This document shows, one piece after another, positions 59,862 to 64,000 of a stretch of DNA of 64,000 nucleotides. Positions within the stretch are counted from its first letter, which is position 1. Every line of letters begins with the position of its first letter. Location of the stretch: the NCBI GenBank assembly GCA_964562015.1, contig CAZLRH010000002.1, positions 24,021 to 88,020 on the forward strand, written 5' to 3'. Both the position numbers and the translations under genes were made by a program. The notes beneath the pieces are model-generated. The model saw only the letters and a program-made list of their open reading frames with translations, ran no database searches and was not told the DNA's origin. The stretch comes from an uncultured Opitutales bacterium. GTDB taxonomy: Bacteria > Verrucomicrobiota > Verrucomicrobiia > Opitutales > JABDGR01.

Positions 59862-62800
59862 ATGAACAGCCTGTCCGACCCCTTCATCAAGCGCCCCGTG
59901 ATGACCATGCTGGTCTACCTCACGGTTTCGGCCTTTGGCATCTATTCTTATATAATGATGCCCGTGAGCGATCTCCCGACGGTGGATTACCCCGTCATTC
60001 AGGTCACCGCGAGCTATCCCGGCGCGAATCCCGAAGTGATGGCCTCCAACGTGGCGGCGCCCCTGGAGCAACAATTCCTGCAAATTCCGGGCATCGACAT
60101 CGTCACGTCGAATAATTCGCAGGGCAATTCGAAGATGGTGTTGCAGTTCCAACTCGACAAATCCATCGACGGCGCGGCCTCGGACGTGCAAGCCGCCATT
60201 AACCGGGCGCAGGGCAGCCTGCCCGCGGACCTGCCCTCCCCGCCCACGTTCCAGAAGTCTAACCCGAACGACTTTCCCGTCATCTTCCTCGGGGTGATTT
60301 CCTACTCGATGACGGCCGGCCAGCTTTACGATTACGCGTTCACTGAAATCGCCCAGCGCCTGCAAACGGTCCCCGGCGTCGCCAGCGTCAACACCTACGG
60401 TTCACCGCGCGCCGTGCGCATCCGCGTGGACCCGCACAAACTGTATTCGCGGGGGCTGACCTTTGACGACATTACTGGGGCGATCCGGGGCGGCACGTCC
60501 CTGCAAAGCGCCGGCCAGATCAAGGGAAATTCCATCCAGATGACCGTCAAGCCGCGGACGCAGCTCGAACACTCCGACGACTATTCCAAACTCATCATCG
60601 CCGACAAGGACGGCGCCCCGGTTTTCCTGCGGGACGTGGCGGAAGTGGTGGATTCGCTCCAGTCCGAAGACATGCGCATGCAGTACTGGTCCAAGACCAT
60701 TCCGGCCGGGTCCGTGGGCGTGGTGCTGTCCGTCACCAAGGCGAGCGGCGCCAATTCCGTGGAAGTGGCGCAAGGCGTGCAAGCGATGATCCCCAAGCTG
60801 CGTCAAATCATTCCGCAGTCCATGCAAATACTGCCCATCTACGACCGCTCCGTCAGCATCCGGAATTCCATCGAGGACGTGGATGTGACGCTGCTCATTG
60901 CCTTTGTGCTGGTGGTGCTGGTCGTATTCTTGTTCCTCGGACGGGTGGCGGACACCATCATCCCCGCCGTGGCCTTGCCGATGTCCCTGTTACTGACGTT
61001 CATCGTCATGCACCTGTGCGGCTTTTCCCTGGACAATCTCTCGCTGATGGCGCTGACCCTTTCCGTGGGCTTCCTCATCGATGATGCCATTGTGTTTCTG
61101 GAGAACATGGTGCGCCGCATGGAAGCCGGCGAACACGTCTGGACGGCGGCCTTCAATGGCGCCAAGGAAATCAGCTTCACCATTTTGGCGATGACGCTGT
61201 CCCTGGCCTCGGTGTTCATTCCCCTGGTGGGCATGAGTGGGTTGATGGGCCGGGTGTTTCGCGAGTTGGGCGTGACCATCATTGTGGCGGTGGTGGCCTC
61301 GGGCGTGGTCTCGCTGACTCTGACGCCGATGATGTGCTCCCGTCTGCTCACTGCCCATGAGCCGCACAAGCGTTCCCTGCTGGAGCGCAGCGCGCATTTC
61401 ATTGAGGAACGGTTGCTGGCCATTTACAGCCCGATGCTGACCTTTGCGCTGCGGCACTGGTATCTTTCTGTCGCTGCTTATGCCTTGTGCGGTTTCGGGG
61501 TGTACTGGTTTGCCCTCAATGTGCAAAAGACCTTCCTACCCGAAGGCGACAGCGGCTTTGTGTCGGGGGCTTGGATTGTGGACACGGACACCTCGCCCCA
61601 GCAGATGAAGCAATACCAGGACAGAATCATCGAGGCCGTGAGCAAGGTGGACCACGTCCTGGGCTTCGTCACTGTCTCGGGCTTCACGCAGCGCAACAAT
61701 TCGAATTCGGGGTCGATGTTCATCGCGTTGGACGACCCCAAAAACCGCCCGCCCATCAAGGATGTCACGAATCAGATCAAGGCCGTGATGGCCCAAATTC
61801 CCGGCGTCGTACCCTCCTTGCGCCCGCGCCCGGTGTTGAACATCAGTGCCGGCGCCACCAACAACAACCAAGGCAAGTACGCCTATACCATCTCCGGCCT
61901 CGACAAGGACAAGGTATACGCCAGCGGCTACGCCCTGATGGACCGGATGCTTAAGAGCAAGCTGTTCAGCATCGTCAACCCGGACTACTTCCCGGACAAC
62001 CGCCAACTGGAAATCTCCCTCGACCGCGACCAGGCCTCGAACTACGGCGTCGGGGCCGCCGGCCTGGCCCAGACCATTTCGAACGCCTATTCGCAAAACT
62101 ATTCCTATCTGATCAAAAATGATTTTCAGCAGTACTGGGTCATCGTTGAGGCCGCGCCTGAATACCGCGCCCGCCCCGGCAATCTGGACCAGATCTTCTT
62201 CAATTCACAAACCAATCAGGGCTCCCTCTATTCCGCAACCGCCGGCGGCGAGGACCTCAGCCGCCTCGTGCCGTTCCGCACCGCGGCCAAAACCAACGTC
62301 ACCCTCGGCCCGCTGGCGGTGAACCATATCAACGGCTTCACCTCGTTCACCCTCTCCTACGACCTCGCCCCCGGCGTGGGCATCGGCACGGCCACTGATT
62401 TCATCGCTCAAGCGGCGGCGGAAATTGTCCCGCCCGAACTGACCCGCGGCTTCCAGGGCGATGCGCTCATCTTCCGCCAGACGGTGGTAAGCATGGGCGT
62501 GATGTTCCTCGTGGCCATCTTTGTGATGTATGTCATCCTCGGCATTCTCTACGAAAGCTACATTCATCCCATCACGGTGCTTTCGTCCCTGCCGGTGGCC
62601 ATCGTCGGCGGCTTGGGCACCCTCTGGTTGTTCGATTCGGAATTGTCCCTTTATGCCTGGATTGGCGTCTTCATGCTCGCCGGCTTGGTGAAGAAGAATG
62701 GCATCATGATGATCGACTTTGCCATTGCCCGCCAATCGGAAGGCCGCACGCCTTACGAAGCCGTCCATGAAGCCTGCCTCGAGCGTTTCCGGCCCATCAT

Positions 62801-63080
62801 GATGACGACCCTCGCCGCCTTTTTCGGCACCCTGCCGCTGGCCATCGGCCTGGGCGCGGACGCCGCCTCCCGCCAGCCGCTCGGGTTGACGATTTGCGGG
62901 GGCCTCGTGGTCTCGCAACTGGTCACGCTCTTCGTCACCCCCGTAACCTTCCTCGGGCTCGAGTGGGTGCAAGTGCGAATTCTCGACCGCATTCCGTTTT
63001 TTGCCCGGCGCCACCACCTGCATTCGGACGCCCCGCCGCTGCCCGGATTGGACCAAAAAATCCCGACGCCGGCGGTCTGA
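59862..63080 (+). CDS. efflux RND transporter permease (HAE1 family) 2
   Basis: 1072 aa, collinear paralog of 55166..58417 (FIKRPVMTMLVYLTVSAFG...). Confidence 0.95.
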   Translation: MNSLSDPFIKRPVMTMLVYLTVSAFGIYSYIMMPVSDLPTVDYPVIQVTASYPGANPEVMASNVAAPLEQQFLQIPGIDIVTSNNSQGNSKMVLQFQLDKSIDGAASDVQAAINRAQGSLPADLPSPPTFQKSNPNDFPVIFLGVISYSMTAGQLYDYAFTEIAQRLQTVPGVASVNTYGSPRAVRIRVDPHKLYSRGLTFDDITGAIRGGTSLQSAGQIKGNSIQMTVKPRTQLEHSDDYSKLIIADKDGAPVFLRDVAEVVDSLQSEDMRMQYWSKTIPAGSVGVVLSVTKASGANSVEVAQGVQAMIPKLRQIIPQSMQILPIYDRSVSIRNSIEDVDVTLLIAFVLVVLVVFLFLGRVADTIIPAVALPMSLLLTFIVMHLCGFSLDNLSLMALTLSVGFLIDDAIVFLENMVRRMEAGEHVWTAAFNGAKEISFTILAMTLSLASVFIPLVGMSGLMGRVFRELGVTIIVAVVASGVVSLTLTPMMCSRLLTAHEPHKRSLLERSAHFIEERLLAIYSPMLTFALRHWYLSVAAYALCGFGVYWFALNVQKTFLPEGDSGFVSGAWIVDTDTSPQQMKQYQDRIIEAVSKVDHVLGFVTVSGFTQRNNSNSGSMFIALDDPKNRPPIKDVTNQIKAVMAQIPGVVPSLRPRPVLNISAGATNNNQGKYAYTISGLDKDKVYASGYALMDRMLKSKLFSIVNPDYFPDNRQLEISLDRDQASNYGVGAAGLAQTISNAYSQNYSYLIKNDFQQYWVIVEAAPEYRARPGNLDQIFFNSQTNQGSLYSATAGGEDLSRLVPFRTAAKTNVTLGPLAVNHINGFTSFTLSYDLAPGVGIGTATDFIAQAAAEIVPPELTRGFQGDALIFRQTVVSMGVMFLVAIFVMYVILGILYESYIHPITVLSSLPVAIVGGLGTLWLFDSELSLYAWIGVFMLAGLVKKNGIMMIDFAIARQSEGRTPYEAVHEACLERFRPIMMTTLAAFFGTLPLAIGLGADAASRQPLGLTICGGLVVSQLVTLFVTPVTFLGLEWVQVRILDRIPFFARRHHLHSDAPPLPGLDQKIPTPAV

Positions 63081-63149
63081 AGATAATCCACCTTCCGCTT
63101 TGCATTTCGTGGATGATTCTGCCTTGATGCGCCCTACCTTTTCGCACCC

Positions 63150-64000
63150 ATGAATTTCTTGCGCCCTGTTTTGCTGGCCACGCTGCTGACCGCGCCGTTC
63201 GCGGGTTGTGTCAACGTGGACAAAGAAACCGCGAACACTCCGCGGGAATACTGGAAACCGCCCGCCCAGGCCCAGCCCAAAGAAGAGCTGTCGCTGCCTG
63301 CGCCGCAACCAGCTTCCCGCGGCACCCAGCCCGACCAGGGCAAGCTGGATTTGCCAACCTTGGTGGACATCGCCCTGTCCAACAACCCGCAGACGCGCCA
63401 GGCCTGGTACAGCGCGAAGACCGCCGCCGCCACCGTCGGCCAGGTTAATAGCCAGTACTATCCGCAAATCACCGTGGGCGCGGGGATCACCCGCAGCAAG
63501 GTCCGCGGCGTCGCCTTCAACGGCGGCAGCAACGGCGCGGGCACAACCTACAGCACTTCCTACGGGCCTTCCGCCGAAATCAATTACCTGCTCTGGAATT
63601 GGGGCAAAAATTACGCGCAAACCGAGGCCGCCCGCCAGGCCCTTTACGCCGCCAATTACCAGTACAATCAAGTCATCCAGGACGTGATTTTGTCCACCGA
63701 GCTGGCCTATTTTAATTTCAACGCCGGCCTCGGTTTTGTCGATGCCGCCACGGCCACCCTCACTGACGCCCAGACCAACTACAAGGCCGCCGACCAGAAA
63801 CTCACCACCGGCTTGGGCAACAAGCAGGATGACCTCCAGGCCCTGGCGCAAGTGAAGAATGCGGAGTTTCAACTCGAGCAGGCGCAGACGCAGGTGGAAA
63901 CCGCGCGTTCGCAACTGGCCCGCGCCCTCGGCATTTCCGTCAACTCCAACCTCGACATCGTGCGCGACCAGACCGCCGTGGAATTGCCGCTGGTGGACAA
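63150..64000 (+). CDS. efflux transporter outer membrane factor (TolC/NodT family lipoprotein), 3'-truncated by window end
   Basis: Lipobox PFAGC. LDLPTLVDIALSNNPQTRQAWYSAKTAAATVGQVNSQYYPQITVGAG is the OMF N-terminal repeat. Open reading frame continues to the window edge with no stop. Confidence 0.85.
   Translation, partial: MNFLRPVLLATLLTAPFAGCVNVDKETANTPREYWKPPAQAQPKEELSLPAPQPASRGTQPDQGKLDLPTLVDIALSNNPQTRQAWYSAKTAAATVGQVNSQYYPQITVGAGITRSKVRGVAFNGGSNGAGTTYSTSYGPSAEINYLLWNWGKNYAQTEAARQALYAANYQYNQVIQDVILSTELAYFNFNAGLGFVDAATATLTDAQTNYKAADQKLTTGLGNKQDDLQALAQVKNAEFQLEQAQTQVETARSQLARALGISVNSNLDIVRDQTAVELPLVD

Overview
This is a 64 kb, high-GC (roughly 65%), gene-dense bacterial chromosome segment. 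It is densely packed, and many neighbouring genes overlap by 4 bp (ATGA/GTGA), which suggests translational coupling. I find no rRNA, tRNA, CRISPR array or obvious mobile element. The gene content suggests a Gram-negative organism, possibly Verrucomicrobia-like: a PEP-CTERM protein, flotillin, RND efflux pumps, a MoxR/DUF58 module and pyrimidine-rich leaders. The taxon cannot be confirmed from sequence alone. The supplied ORF track counts GTG/TTG as 'M' and contains many long antisense 'shadow' ORFs typical of GC-rich DNA, so I adjusted starts to plausible ATG/GTG codons.

Gene content, in order:
- **1-10431, + strand:** an 11-gene co-directional operon. It runs from a 5'-truncated, motif-degenerate MreB paralog, through a DUF4339-Zn-ribbon-RDD protein and three small Zn-ribbon/TM proteins, into the conserved but uncharacterised module DUF4129-DUF4350-MoxR-DUF58-SpoIIM(DUF95)-RDD.
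- **10432-21603, mostly - strand:** cNMP/CBS/DUF294 signalling protein, psd, a DJ-1/PfpI protein (+), an EF-hand lipoprotein, clpB, and a thioredoxin-domain YyaL-like / epimerase / GT2 operon.
- **21745-24473, +:** an AbrB-type antitoxin with a PIN protein, then mutL.
- **24513-27928, -:** two tandem paralogous repeat proteins of about 570 aa.
- **28125-39458, +:** glgP, flotillin, an SGNH hydrolase, a GH28 enzyme, and a four-gene periplasmic (lipo)protein cluster (CsgG/LPP20-like, 484-aa lipoprotein, YcfL-like, LpoB-like).
- **39622-50679:** purN (+); folK-folB-folP preceded by a GspE/PilB-family ATPase and a REC + degenerate sigma54-AAA+ response regulator (all -); an Amidase_3, a DUF3568 lipoprotein, hisC (-), an RmlD-like reductase, and an LplA-family gene carrying an in-frame 81-bp perfect palindrome.
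- **50741-64000:** a PEP-CTERM protein (-), a DUF4405 membrane protein, rpmB, and a duplicated MFP-RND/MFP-RND efflux locus ending in a partial OMF gene at the window edge.

The most noteworthy candidates are the extended pseudo-MreB/MoxR/DUF58/RDD operon, the tandem repeat-protein pair, the LpoB/YcfL-like envelope cluster outside its known taxonomic context, the pseudo-ATPase response regulator next to an orphan PilB-like ATPase, and the in-frame palindromic insertion.
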